64,000 bases of DNA from an uncultured Verrucomicrobiae bacterium (GTDB taxonomy: Bacteria; Verrucomicrobiota; Verrucomicrobiia; Chthoniobacterales; UBA10450), in assembly GCA_963801815.1 (NCBI GenBank), contig CAWDGJ010000001.1, forward strand, positions 96,001-160,000, in the 5' to 3' direction. This document shows positions 48,609 to 58,969 of the stretch, one piece after another (position 1 is the stretch's first letter; the number at the start of each line of letters is the position of its first letter). Below the pieces are notes generated by a model that did no database searches, was not told the DNA's origin, and saw nothing but the letters and a program-made list of their open reading frames with translations. The position numbers and the translations under genes are program-made.

Positions 48609-51608
48609 ATGGTCAATTGGATTCTAAAGAAGCTTTTCGGGTCGAAAAACCAGCGCGAGTTGCGTCGGCTGGCACCGATTGTTCGCCGAATTAACGAATT
48701 TGACGAGCAGTTCAAGTCGCTCTCGGACGACGATTTGCGTGCGAAGACCGCGGCTTGGAAAGAGGAGTTTTCGAAAATTTCAGATCCGGAGGAACAATGG
48801 CGCCGCCTCGATGAGGTTTTGCCGGAAGCGTTCGCGGTAGTCAAAAACGCCGCCCGGCGGCTGAAGGAGCAACAGTATTCATTCACCGTCTGCGACCAGC
48901 CGATGACGTGGGACATGGTGCACTTCGACGTTCAATTGCTCGGCGGAATGGTTTTGCATCGCGGCCGGATCGCGGAAATGGCGACCGGCGAAGGCAAAAC
49001 TTTGGTGGCGACTTTGCCGCTCTATCTAAATGCGCTTACTGGCCGTGGCGCGCACCTGGTGACGGTGAACGACTATCTCGCTCGACGCGACGCGGAGTGG
49101 ATGGGCCAGCTTTATACCTTTCTCGGGCTCACCGTCGGTTGCATTCAACACGATCAGGAGCCGGACGTGCGGCGACAACAATACGCCTGCGACATCACTT
49201 ACGGAACGAATAGCGAGTTCGGTTTCGATTATTTGCGCGATAACGGAATGGCGACGACCCGCGAGCAGCAAGTCCAGCGCGGGTATCATTTCGCGATCGT
49301 CGACGAAGTGGATTCAATCTTGATCGACGAAGCGCGGACGCCTTTGATTATCAGTGGGCCGGCGACGATCTCGACGCATCAATACGACAAGTGGAAACCG
49401 CTGATCGAGCAGTTGGTTCGCAAACAAACGATGCTGTGCAATCGCGTGGCAAGCGAGGCTGCGGAGGCGTTTGAAAAAGGGGATGTCGAGCTTGGCGGTC
49501 GTTTGATGTTTAAAGTGAAACTCGGCCAGCCCCGCAACAAGCAACTGTTGCGGATGATGGAAGATCCGGACAAACGGCGCGCCATTGATAAGGCCGAGCT
49601 GTCTTTCTACACCGACACGCGCAAGGAGGAATTGTTTCAGCTCAAAGAAGAACTTTTCTTTACGATCGATGAGAAATCGAATGAATCGGATCTATCCGAA
49701 CAGGGTCGAAGTTTTCTCAACCCGGACGATCCAAACGCGTTCGTGCTTCCCGATCTGATCAGCGAGTTCACCGAAATCGATCTTGATCCAACATTGTCCG
49801 ACGAAGAGAAGGATAAGAAAAAATCCGAGCGCCAGGAGCATTGCGACCAGCAAGCGGAGCGGATTCACAATATTTCGAATTTGCTCCGTGCTTACTGCGT
49901 GTTCGACAAAGACGTGCAGTACGTGGTCGAGGAGAACAAGGTCGTAATTGTCGATGAATTCACCGGTCGCAAGATGCCGGGACGGCGTTGGAGCGACGGT
50001 TTGCATCAGGCGGTCGAAGCCAAAGAAGGCGTGCAAATCGATCGCGAAACCCAAACCCTGGCGACGATCACGATCCAAAATTATTTCCGACTCTATCAAA
50101 GGTTGGCCGGCATGACCGGCACGGCCGAAACCGAGGCGGCCGAGTTTCATGACATTTACAAGCTGGATGTGAACGTGATTCCGACCAATCGGCCCGTCGC
50201 GCGCAAAGATTCCAACGATCGCATCTACAAGACGCGTCGCGAAAAATACAACGCGGTGATTAACGAAATCAAAGAACATCACGCGAATCAACAGCCTGTC
50301 CTCGTTGGCACGGTCAGTGTCGAGGCATCGGAGTTAGTGAGTCGAATGCTCAAGCGCGAAAAAATTCCGCACAACGTGTTGAATGCGAAATTTCATATGC
50401 AGGAAGCTGAGATCGTTCAGCGTGCCGGTCAGCCCGGCACGGTCACAATTTCTACCAACATGGCCGGCCGCGGCACTGATATTAAACTTGGAGCAGGCGT
50501 CGCGGACCAAGGCGGACTGTCTGTTATTGGCACCGAACGACATGAAGCGCGTCGGATCGATCGACAGCTTCGCGGTCGTTGCGCGCGTCAGGGCGATCCG
50601 GGTGCATCGCGGTTTTATGTGAGCTTCGAAGACGATCTCATGCGCAATTTCGGCGCGGCGGATCGAATGACGAAAATCATGGAGCGTTTTGGCCTCGAGG
50701 AAGGCCAGGAGCTCGAGCATCGCTGGTTGAACAAATCGGTCGAAACCGCGCAGAAACGCGTCGAACAGCGCAACTACCTGGTTCGCAAGCGCACGCTCGA
50801 CTTCGACGACGTGATGAACATGCAACGCGAAGTCGTTTACACGTGGCGCAATGACGTCATCGACACCGAAGATCCGCGCTCGGAAATCTTCGAAGTGATC
50901 GATGAAGCTGTGCCGAATAAGGTGAAAGAATATCTGGAGGGCGAAGAGCCGAACTATACCGGCTTGATGAACTGGGTGAACGGCACGTTCCCACTTGGTC
51001 TTAATAAAGAGCGTGCACAATTCGAAACCCGAAGTGTTGATGAGAACGCGACGTTCCTGATCGAGAAGATCAAAGACGCCTACCAGCGCAAGTCGAATCA
51101 CGAAGAACCGGCTGCGGTGAAAAGTCTCGAGCGCTATATCATTTTGAACGCAATCGATCGCCTCTGGCAGGAGCACCTTTATGCGATGGATGCGCTGCGC
51201 GAAGGCGTTTATCTCCGCGGTTACGCCCAAAAGGACCCGCTGGTCGAGTATAAGACCGAGGCTTACGACATGTTCGTCGAATTGATGGCGAACATTAAAA
51301 ACGAAGTGCTTCACAATCTTTTCCGGAGCACAACAAACCTGCGCGCGTTCGAAGATTTCCTCGGCAGCCTGCCGCAATTCTTGCTTCGCGAGGAAGGGCC
51401 CGGGGCGCCGGCAGCAAATGCTCCGGCGCGCGCACGTCAGCCACAACCGGCAATGGCCGGTGTTGCGATGGATGGCGACGGGGACGGCGCCGGTGGAGTG
51501 TCGATCGATCTGCCGGTACGGCGATCGTTGCCGAAAGTTGGCCGTAACGAGCCGTGTCCGTGCGGCAGCGGGAAAAAATATAAAAACTGCTGCGGTCGCA
51601 CCGCGTAA
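48609..51608 (+). CDS. secA: Preprotein translocase subunit SecA
   Basis: [40 protein letters not shown] motif [19 protein letters not shown]. Confidence 0.98.
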   Translation: MVNWILKKLFGSKNQRELRRLAPIVRRINEFDEQFKSLSDDDLRAKTAAWKEEFSKISDPEEQWRRLDEVLPEAFAVVKNAARRLKEQQYSFTVCDQPMTWDMVHFDVQLLGGMVLHRGRIAEMATGEGKTLVATLPLYLNALTGRGAHLVTVNDYLARRDAEWMGQLYTFLGLTVGCIQHDQEPDVRRQQYACDITYGTNSEFGFDYLRDNGMATTREQQVQRGYHFAIVDEVDSILIDEARTPLIISGPATISTHQYDKWKPLIEQLVRKQTMLCNRVASEAAEAFEKGDVELGGRLMFKVKLGQPRNKQLLRMMEDPDKRRAIDKAELSFYTDTRKEELFQLKEELFFTIDEKSNESDLSEQGRSFLNPDDPNAFVLPDLISEFTEIDLDPTLSDEEKDKKKSERQEHCDQQAERIHNISNLLRAYCVFDKDVQYVVEENKVVIVDEFTGRKMPGRRWSDGLHQAVEAKEGVQIDRETQTLATITIQNYFRLYQRLAGMTGTAETEAAEFHDIYKLDVNVIPTNRPVARKDSNDRIYKTRREKYNAVINEIKEHHANQQPVLVGTVSVEASELVSRMLKREKIPHNVLNAKFHMQEAEIVQRAGQPGTVTISTNMAGRGTDIKLGAGVADQGGLSVIGTERHEARRIDRQLRGRCARQGDPGASRFYVSFEDDLMRNFGAADRMTKIMERFGLEEGQELEHRWLNKSVETAQKRVEQRNYLVRKRTLDFDDVMNMQREVVYTWRNDVIDTEDPRSEIFEVIDEAVPNKVKEYLEGEEPNYTGLMNWVNGTFPLGLNKERAQFETRSVDENATFLIEKIKDAYQRKSNHEEPAAVKSLERYIILNAIDRLWQEHLYAMDALREGVYLRGYAQKDPLVEYKTEAYDMFVELMANIKNEVLHNLFRSTTNLRAFEDFLGSLPQFLLREEGPGAPAANAPARARQPQPAMAGVAMDGDGDGAGGVSIDLPVRRSLPKVGRNEPCPCGSGKKYKNCCGRTA

Positions 51609-51672
51609 ACTTCGAAGGATACTGGCTTTCGAAATTGACGAATCGTTCTAGTTTAGAAATTCTTCAATCGAT

Positions 51673-52041
51673 ATGCTGACGATTCACCCACGACGCATCC
51701 TCGCGATTCTTCTCCTGGCGACTTTTCTTCCCGCCTGCGCGATCCATCGGCCCACGATTCGGGAATACCAAGCGGATCAGGCCGGTCACGTTTCGGTAAA
51801 CAACGTAACCGAAGAACAATATTGGAAGGAGCGCGTGGACGAACGGATAGCGGCGGAGGTCAAAAAGGAGAAACCGGAAGCTGGCTACGACACGTGGGAA
51901 AGTTATTGGCGGTGGTGGTACGGAGTGATTCGCAAGAAGAAGAAACCGCCGTTCAAATCTGACAGTTTCAAGACGTCGGAAGACATGGTGAACTATATTA
52001 AAGACAAGAGACGCGCCAAAGGTTTGCCGACTTACGACTGA
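51673..52041 (+). CDS. Hypothetical lipoprotein
   Basis: Signal peptide ending LPAC; Trp-rich helical domain. Confidence 0.7.
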   Translation: MLTIHPRRILAILLLATFLPACAIHRPTIREYQADQAGHVSVNNVTEEQYWKERVDERIAAEVKKEKPEAGYDTWESYWRWWYGVIRKKKKPPFKSDSFKTSEDMVNYIKDKRRAKGLPTYD

Positions 52042-52184
52042 TCGACGAAATAGAAATTACAAAGTAGAAAAGTGTCGTCGCGTATACGCGTTCTTTGCGC
52101 GAGAGAGAAGCGATGGGCGAAACGATTGAATCGCAGGTGCCGCCGCGCCTGGCTGCGCCACTTTCCGGTCGAACGCCTGAACGC

Positions 52185-52733
52185 CTATGTGATCGCAGGC
52201 ACCGAAAGTTGGCAGGTGTGAACCGGACCGGACGGCGTGAGTTGACTGCAATAGAGATGAAACGCCTCGACACGGGACAATCCCACATCCAGTTGCGCAT
52301 TTGATTTCAGAAATTTGCGAAGTGCGCCGCCCGGAACTTCCCGGCATCGCGCCAGCGTGATGTGCGGATGCCAAGGCCGCAGTTCCGGCTCGATTCCCGC
52401 TGCGAGCGCTGCTTCCTGAACGCGCTTGTGCAACTGAAAAAGATGCGGGTGTGCCTGGCCGACTCCAATCCAGATTATCTTTACGATTCCTTTGGGTGGA
52501 AAAGCTCCCACGCCTTTGATAGGAAGGAAAAATGCCCGGAACTCAATCCCGTTGAGTTTTTCACGCAGCGCAAGCTCGACATCCTCGGTGACGTCAGGGA
52601 AAAAACCGAGGGTGAGATGCATTTGATCGACGGCAGTCCAACGGACGCCGCGGATGCTCGGATCGAGCTCAACCAGGACCTTCCGGATCGATTTTGGCGG
52701 ATCAATTGAGACGAAAAGACGACTTACCTTCAC
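52185..52733 (-). CDS. thpR: RNA 2',3'-cyclic phosphodiesterase (2H family)
   Basis: RLFVSI, HLTL, PHITLAR. Confidence 0.9.
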   Translation of the reverse strand: MKVSRLFVSIDPPKSIRKVLVELDPSIRGVRWTAVDQMHLTLGFFPDVTEDVELALREKLNGIEFRAFFLPIKGVGAFPPKGIVKIIWIGVGQAHPHLFQLHKRVQEAALAAGIEPELRPWHPHITLARCREVPGGALRKFLKSNAQLDVGLSRVEAFHLYCSQLTPSGPVHTCQLSVPAIT

Positions 52734-53614
52734 TTTACCGGTCGGATCTCGGCGCCCGATTTTGGTTCGTCGCCACTACGACTGACTTCCTGCGGCAATG
52801 AGCGATTGAACATTTTCATCGCATGTGCCATCAGGTTTGGGAATAGCGCGTTGGCCGCGATGATAAGATATGTTGAAAAAGGCATGACCAGAACCGGCTT
52901 GCCCCGGGCGCACGCATTCAAAATTTTTCGTGCTGCGCGCTGGACGGAAATCGACGCGAACGGAATCTTCATCGACCAATTGAACCAGCGGTATTCGGCC
53001 GCATGATCTCCTTTAAAGTTCGCGTGAACTTCCGAGCCCGTTCGCATCAGGCCGGGTGTTACCGTTGTGACGTAGATTCTTTCGCGCGCGAGCTCGGCGC
53101 GAATGGCGTCGGAAAACCCCACAAGCGCGAACTTGCTGGCCGAGTACGGCACCATGTGCGGGACGGCAACGCGACCACCGATGGATGCAATATTTACTAT
53201 TCGACCGCCATCTTGCGCGCGCATCCGAGGCACGATTAGAAACTGCAGAATATATGGCGCCCAAAAATGCAGCCGCATCGCGCGATCAAAATCTTTAAAT
53301 TGCATGTGGGCGAGGGGACCGACTTCGATAATGCCGGCGTTATTGACGAGGATGTCAATCCTGCCGAAGTGTTGCAGCGCTTGTTGAACTGCGGACTGGA
53401 TCTGTGCGGTTTGAAGCAAATCGCACGGGATGATTACGACTTCAGTGCCGAACCGGTCCAGGTCAGCTTTCGCCGCCGCAAGTTCCTCTGCGTCGCGGGC
53501 GAGCAGCACGACCTTTCCGCCGCGTAGGCAAATCTGGCGCGCGATTTCAAGGCCAAGACCGCGCGAACCGCCGGTGATGAGCGCGACTTTATCGCAATAG
53601 AATTGCCGGGACAT
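52730..53614 (-). CDS. SDR family oxidoreductase
   Basis: TGGSRGLG, NNAG, YSASK. Confidence 0.9.
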   Translation of the reverse strand: MSRQFYCDKVALITGGSRGLGLEIARQICLRGGKVVLLARDAEELAAAKADLDRFGTEVVIIPCDLLQTAQIQSAVQQALQHFGRIDILVNNAGIIEVGPLAHMQFKDFDRAMRLHFWAPYILQFLIVPRMRAQDGGRIVNIASIGGRVAVPHMVPYSASKFALVGFSDAIRAELARERIYVTTVTPGLMRTGSEVHANFKGDHAAEYRWFNWSMKIPFASISVQRAARKILNACARGKPVLVMPFSTYLIIAANALFPNLMAHAMKMFNRSLPQEVSRSGDEPKSGAEIRPVK

Positions 53615-53674
53615 TCAGAAAATGTCCAACGCACAACCCGCCTTCGCAAATCCTCTGGCGTGGACGACTTCGAT

Positions 53675-54136
53675 TCAAGAATGCTTGCGATTGAAACGCG
53701 CGACTTCGCGCGCGGTCTCGCGTTCTACTGCGCGCTTTTTCAAATCGGCCCGTTTGTCGCGCGCAACTTTGCCCTGTCCAACACCGAGCTCCGCTTTTAG
53801 GTTTCCGTTCTTCCAATAAAGCTTCAGCACAACAAGCGTCCGGCCTTTGACCTGCGTTTCGCCGTAAAGTTTGTCGATTTCCTGGCGGTGCAGTAAAAGT
53901 TTTCGAATACGTTTGGCCGCCGGCACCTCGTGACTCGCCTTTTCGTACGGCTGAATATCGGCGTTGTAGAGGAACGCTTCGCCATTCTCTACGCGGGCGA
54001 ACGCGTCGCTGATGTTGGCCTTACCGGCGCGAATGGACTTTACTTCACTTCCTTTGAGCTCGATACCGGCCTCGTAGCGTTCGAGAATGTGAAAATCGCG
54101 CAACGCCTTGCGATTAAGAATCGACTCGGCGGACAT
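53675..54136 (-). CDS. smpB: SsrA-binding protein
   Basis: NRKA..D, EAGIELKGSEVKSIR, RKLLLHR.EI. Confidence 0.95.
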   Translation of the reverse strand: MSAESILNRKALRDFHILERYEAGIELKGSEVKSIRAGKANISDAFARVENGEAFLYNADIQPYEKASHEVPAAKRIRKLLLHRQEIDKLYGETQVKGRTLVVLKLYWKNGNLKAELGVGQGKVARDKRADLKKRAVERETAREVARFNRKHS

Positions 54137-54163
54137 AATCGCGCGCGGAACGCGATGAGAAAA

Positions 54164-54379
54164 CTAGGCGTCTTCCGGGGAACTCTTGATCGCCTCGAAG
54201 GCAAGTTTGCCGGCAATGATTTCCTTCAAAGCGATATCGGTAAGAGACATCCGCGGGGTGGTCTCAACCATTGGCCGGTGGCCCAAACCGAGCTGGCGCA
54301 CGCGTTTGGAAACGACGTTGATCAGGACTTGCTGGTTTGGGATAAGTTGAGCGGCTTCCTGGAGAAGTTGAGTCGTCAT
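54164..54379 (-). CDS. rpoZ: RNA polymerase omega subunit
   Basis: LINVVSKRVRQL...RPMV...DIALKEIIAGKL. Confidence 0.8.
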   Translation of the reverse strand: MTTQLLQEAAQLIPNQQVLINVVSKRVRQLGLGHRPMVETTPRMSLTDIALKEIIAGKLAFEAIKSSPEDA

Positions 54380-54586
54380 ATGGCGCAAGGATCTGACGGC
54401 GCGGGTCGCTTCCGTCGGGAATTGAAGGATGGTCGGCGCACTCTGGGCGAGCGCTGATGAAGAAACTTGTGGGGCGGCGAGCATAAAAACGGAGCGTGAC
54501 TGTGCGAGCGGTGAACGGTGTTGTCAACCGATTTTGGCGCTGCTGGGGGGATCGCAAATGTCTCGCGAGTCGTGCCCGGAATCGAC

Positions 54587-55153
54587 CTAGAGGTTTTGCC
54601 AGGAGTAATGACTCCTCTCGAACGCTTTCTGCAATTCCCGAAACGTGTCCCGATAACACGTGAGTTGAAAACGGATCTGCTGGTTCTTACGGTTCAAGAA
54701 CATCACCGATCGTTGGTAGGACTGGCTGTAGTAATCGTAACTGATCACCACCAGAAGGGTTTCCTTGCGGTCAATAAGCAAAGGATTTCGTTGTTGAGAG
54801 ACGAGCGCAACATTGGTTGCTCCTCGCGGAACCGAAGCGAGGGCCTCATCGGTCAGGCGCTTCACCGAGGCCTCATCAAAACTTTCGGCACGTTCTGCCT
54901 TGGAGGCGGTGATCTCAGCCTCGGCGGATGATCCTGCTGTCGGATGAAGAATAAAACGAGTGCTGTTGCCGGAGTACTCCCAATTTCGAGGCGGGCAGTA
55001 GGTAACGTCTTGTCCGCCGTCAGCGAACACGAGCTGATGGCGCTTTATGCCCTCCAGCTCGTATTCCTGTTGCCGCGGCGTCAGATCCAGGTCCGCACAG
55101 GCAAGCCCGGCGGTCGAGATGAGCAGCGCGCTAATTCTTACTGCATGGACCAT
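54587..55153 (-). CDS. Hypothetical exported protein, last gene of the pilin operon
   Basis: Signal-like N-terminus; overlaps the upstream gene. Confidence 0.7.
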   Translation of the reverse strand: MVHAVRISALLISTAGLACADLDLTPRQQEYELEGIKRHQLVFADGGQDVTYCPPRNWEYSGNSTRFILHPTAGSSAEAEITASKAERAESFDEASVKRLTDEALASVPRGATNVALVSQQRNPLLIDRKETLLVVISYDYYSQSYQRSVMFLNRKNQQIRFQLTCYRDTFRELQKAFERSHYSWQNL

Positions 55154-57030
55154 TGGCCTTTTTCGTAAGCATAAACCATGAGAGTGCCCGGGGGTGGTCT
55201 CACTTTAAAGTTTGTGTCGAAATACCAATGGCGCGTCGGCGGAACATAAACATTTGCGTTTCCCCATTCTCCCTTGGACTGCTGGCTCTTGTACAGCTCC
55301 ACCATCGATCCGTAATATGTCACAATTGCGTGGGACCAATCTTCAAGGAAACGGGGAAAATTCTCGGCGCCGCCGCTGTAAGACCCGTCTCCGCCGGTCG
55401 GAGCCGTTGGAACGATGCCGGACAGGATGGCGGTATTAAACGTAGTGTTTGTGGCGACTCGCGAACTCGTTCCAGACGATGAATTCGAGTCATTCCAGGA
55501 ATTCGAAAGGAGGTTTATTGCGTCGCCTATGACCGAGCATGGCGCCCTTGTGTAACCTGAGACTTGCGGGGTTGTTGGATCGTTCGAACTAGTGCTATCT
55601 GAAGGCGGACTTCCGCCTGTATTGAAGTCCCCTTGGATGTAAATCGGATTATTGCTGGTGATCGTCAGCCCGGATGTAGGAATCTTGACGCCGCCCTTTA
55701 TGCGGATGCCACGTCTCGCACTGGAGGTTGAGCTCGAGTCATAGATGTAAATGATTGGGTTTGCGAACGAGGATGAAATATAATTTGGATTGCCACCCGG
55801 GACACCCGTTACAAGCTTACTAACATCGATTGTGGCGAGACGAATCGTCGCTGTCTCGCGATTATCTTGAATCGTTTGATTCGTGCTAATAGCACCGGAG
55901 CTTGCAAACATATTATAAAGCGATCCACTGGTGAGCGCCTGGGTGGCTCCGGTTTGTTGGTTGGTAACCGTGTAAAATTTTACGATATCATGCCCCGGTA
56001 CCCCATCGAATCCATTCTGACTCGGATTAGGATTGTCCTGAATCTGGATGATTATGCCGGCCTGATCCCAGTAACGTTGGCCTGCAAACGGGTCTGAATA
56101 GCCGGCGGCGGGCGGTTCAACTAGCTCTCGATAGCTATCGTTGTTTGGGTTCGGATCAGTCGTGCTGAAAATCGCAGTCGAATCCATTCCGAATGGCTGC
56201 ATAGCCATGTCTCGCGCCGGTGGAAGGTTGGACGGATATCCTGGCGACGCAGGAGTATCACCGGTGTGTTGCTGGTCTCCGGGCATGAAGTTGAGGAACC
56301 AGTCAGATGCGTAAGTGACCTTGTCGGCGAAAGTCAGCAAATTATGCGCGGTATAGAGGTTCGAGTTGGTGTTTACCCAGCCGGTGACCGTCATCGGAGC
56401 ACCGGGGTGAATTTCCAGTGGGTCGGTATAGAAAATCGCCCAATTCCACGGAGAAAGTTGCTGTTTCGAGAACACGCGACGCACTTTGGCGACCACGTTA
56501 CCTTTTAGTGTAGGCAGCGTGACGTCTGCAGAGGCAATGTAATTGTAACTGGCCGACGTCGTGTTGACCGCGCCCGTTTGCGACATTCCAACGGCCGGAG
56601 GCGGCGCTGCGGCCGCGCCACCAGCCAGAGCCTGCAACGTGCCATCGACCGCAACCACCTTAACGTTGGAGACCCTGAACGTTGAATCGTACTCATCGCT
56701 CAAGTCTGGGTTTGCTCCGGACTTGCTGAAGTTCGCGCTACTCGGGAGATTCAATTGCGAGCTTGTTGGTAACGGAATACTTGAGAACGCGCTGGTCGAA
56801 AGCGGCGTGGATGGTGTCGAGCGGCAAATCGCTCGCCAATTTGTGAACAGCTGCTCGATGGTTGCATCTGCCGCGGCAAATGCAGTCTGAAGAGTCGTCG
56901 TCCGCTGAACAAGACGATTAACGTTGGTGCTGTAATCCAATGTAACTCCGACAATAACCGCCAATGTTGCCATCGTTAGGATGACAACGACGAGCGAGGT
57001 CCCTGATTTAGTAGAATTGAGTCTTTTCAT
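55138..57030 (-). CDS. PilX-like large minor pilin / adhesin
   Basis: G|TSLVVV leader lacking E5; Ser/Thr-rich body; GGAENFPRFLEDW...Y.PP.R.W.FD...PPPGT. Confidence 0.75.
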   Translation of the reverse strand: MKRLNSTKSGTSLVVVILTMATLAVIVGVTLDYSTNVNRLVQRTTTLQTAFAAADATIEQLFTNWRAICRSTPSTPLSTSAFSSIPLPTSSQLNLPSSANFSKSGANPDLSDEYDSTFRVSNVKVVAVDGTLQALAGGAAAAPPPAVGMSQTGAVNTTSASYNYIASADVTLPTLKGNVVAKVRRVFSKQQLSPWNWAIFYTDPLEIHPGAPMTVTGWVNTNSNLYTAHNLLTFADKVTYASDWFLNFMPGDQQHTGDTPASPGYPSNLPPARDMAMQPFGMDSTAIFSTTDPNPNNDSYRELVEPPAAGYSDPFAGQRYWDQAGIIIQIQDNPNPSQNGFDGVPGHDIVKFYTVTNQQTGATQALTSGSLYNMFASSGAISTNQTIQDNRETATIRLATIDVSKLVTGVPGGNPNYISSSFANPIIYIYDSSSTSSARRGIRIKGGVKIPTSGLTITSNNPIYIQGDFNTGGSPPSDSTSSNDPTTPQVSGYTRAPCSVIGDAINLLSNSWNDSNSSSGTSSRVATNTTFNTAILSGIVPTAPTGGDGSYSGGAENFPRFLEDWSHAIVTYYGSMVELYKSQQSKGEWGNANVYVPPTRHWYFDTNFKVRPPPGTLMVYAYEKGQWSMQ

Positions 57031-57833
57031 TGATAGGTAGTAAGTCGAGCTTTCATCGGAATCTGGCCGTTCAGAAAGATGTTAGCGGCTTTGAATCCAC
57101 GATTGCTGTAATTCGGATCTGCGGTTGACAGGTTTATGGCTGAAACAAACCGGTAATAGAGCGCACCGGCAGGTGTCTGAGGTGTGCTAAACGGCGAATT
57201 GCTGGTGATATCGTTGCCCAAAACTGCGAACGATTTCTTCGCGATTAATCCCTGCCACTGCAGATTACCGTTGGCTACCGTGTATGAGCAGCGATTGGTG
57301 ATTAGAGCGACGATGGTGTATGTGCTTGTGCCTGAAATTGCTACCGGAAGAGTGTGAGCGAGCGTGACAGTGATGTTATTGCCGCTGCCGCTCACCGCCG
57401 TGATGTCATCCTCAATTTGATGAGTTGGAACAATCAGTCGTTGTCCTACTGAAACTGCAGGAGTGGCTCCGTTGAGCGGCGTCAGCGTGAGTGAAACCTG
57501 GTTTTGGCTAGTGGTTGCGTCAGCGCTGATCTTATGAGGGCCGCTCGCGAATTCCTGGAACGCGATTCCAGCCGCCGGACCCGCGCCACTGACGGTGTTG
57601 CCATTAGTGTCCACCAGATACGGAAGCGAGATCGCCGAATGAAGGTCGCCCAGCATCTGCATCATGGCGGTCCGAGCTTGCTCATGCGCTGTGTTCATAG
57701 CCACGTTCTTCGCTCCCAGCACCAGACTGACGTTCAAGAGCGAGCACAGGGCGATGCCGACCGTGCTGAACATGGTCGAAACCATTCCTAACTCTATTAA
57801 TGTGTAACCTCGATTTTGTGGGCAAAGTTTCAT
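57027..57833 (-). CDS. Prepilin-type minor pilin (PilW-like)
   Basis: RG|YTLIEL. Confidence 0.75.
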   Translation of the reverse strand: MKLCPQNRGYTLIELGMVSTMFSTVGIALCSLLNVSLVLGAKNVAMNTAHEQARTAMMQMLGDLHSAISLPYLVDTNGNTVSGAGPAAGIAFQEFASGPHKISADATTSQNQVSLTLTPLNGATPAVSVGQRLIVPTHQIEDDITAVSGSGNNITVTLAHTLPVAISGTSTYTIVALITNRCSYTVANGNLQWQGLIAKKSFAVLGNDITSNSPFSTPQTPAGALYYRFVSAINLSTADPNYSNRGFKAANIFLNGQIPMKARLTTYQ

Positions 57834-58312
57834 ATGTCGGATGTGCGGATTGTACTCATGGAATACGAGTAATTGCGGTTTAGGTAGGTATAAGTGACCG
57901 TTACCACGGCCTTATACATCGTCAGTGGAAATGTCACGGAACCGTTCGTGTAAGTAGAGCTGATGTCAGAAACGGTTGTGGTCATCGTTCCAGTTACGAT
58001 GACGCCGGTTTTTGGATCCTGATAAACCGGAATATTGCTTTGGGTATGAGTGCCGACCTGCAGCTCGGGTGGAATTTGCGCAGTGCCGTCCGGGTTCGTC
58101 TTTTGTGGATTGAATGGGCTGTCCGACTCGATGAGATCGATCTGATTCATAACGGCCGTGTATGCTCCGGTTGCGTTACGTGCGGTACTTGCCAGCGTGT
58201 TGAATCGCGTGAGAGCTCCGACCGCGCAGGCGGTTCCGATTCCGATGACTGCAATGCCTACGACGGTCTCGACCAGGGTCATGGCTGCCGTCTTGTGGGT
58301 CCTGCGGGTCAT
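57830..58312 (-). CDS. Prepilin-type minor pilin (PilV-like)
   Basis: KTAA|MTLVETVV; C-terminal VTVTYTY. Confidence 0.75.
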   Translation of the reverse strand: MTRRTHKTAAMTLVETVVGIAVIGIGTACAVGALTRFNTLASTARNATGAYTAVMNQIDLIESDSPFNPQKTNPDGTAQIPPELQVGTHTQSNIPVYQDPKTGVIVTGTMTTTVSDISSTYTNGSVTFPLTMYKAVVTVTYTYLNRNYSYSMSTIRTSDI

Positions 58313-58622
58313 TTTATAATTACCATAAAAACCAGCAGAGAGTATGCCGACTTTCGCGCTTCTGCGAGGCGAGGCCTGAAAATTGAGAAATGCACTATTT
58401 TTTCTCAATAGTGAGAAATATTCAATCTTCTACGAGAATGACGTATGTGATAAGTTTTTGAACAACACAACGGCCGGCCCTTGGTTGGCGGTCGATCCGC
58501 ATCAGAAATATGTCCAGCGATTCGACCGTCGTTTCACCATGAGTTGCCTCAATGCTTGCCAGAAGTGGGGAAATGCGCGAAGTATGCGCGCCGAAGCATC
58601 AATTTTTGTTTTGGCAGAATTT

Positions 58623-58696
58623 CGGGCTGTGGCTCAGCTTGGTAGAGCGCCTGGTTCGGGACCAGGAGGCCGTGGGTTCAAATCCCACCAGCCCGA
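58623..58696 (+). tRNA. tRNA-Pro(CGG)
   Basis: Acceptor CGGGCTG/CAGCCCG, anticodon arm CCTGG-TTCGGGA-CCAGG, GGTTCAAATCC. Confidence 0.95.
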
Positions 58697-58797
58697 TCTC
58701 CAACAATTCCCCGCCGCTTTCGCATATTGAAACGAAGAACTGGGTTGAACCTGCAGGCTGGATGTGATTGGATCAACGACCGCAAGGCAATTTCATC

Positions 58798-58902
58798 ATG
58801 GGTTCTCTCAAAAAGCGACGGAAGGCAAAAATCTCCAAGCACAAGCGTCGCAAGCGTATGCGCGCAAACCGGCACAAGAAACGTTTGCGCTACAAGTCCT
58901 GA
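58798..58902 (+). CDS. AURKAIP1/COX24-domain (bS22/mS38-like) small basic ribosomal protein
   Basis: MGSLKKRRKAKISKHKRRKRMRANRHKKRLRYKS; below the ORF-track cutoff. Confidence 0.85.
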   Translation: MGSLKKRRKAKISKHKRRKRMRANRHKKRLRYKS

Positions 58903-58969
58903 AATCTTTGATTCGTTAGGCCAAACTCGGGCATTTGCGCCGGTTGTTACGGGCGACTAGACTCGAAGC

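Noticed and set aside
50334..51446. Long antisense ORFs (e.g. 370 aa opposite secA; also 39144-40064, 10671-11399)
   Set aside because: Shadow ORFs of well-supported genes in GC-rich DNA, with no recognisable motifs.
53614..54587. tmRNA near smpB
   Set aside because: No tRNA-like ends or tag reading frame found in the short spacers.
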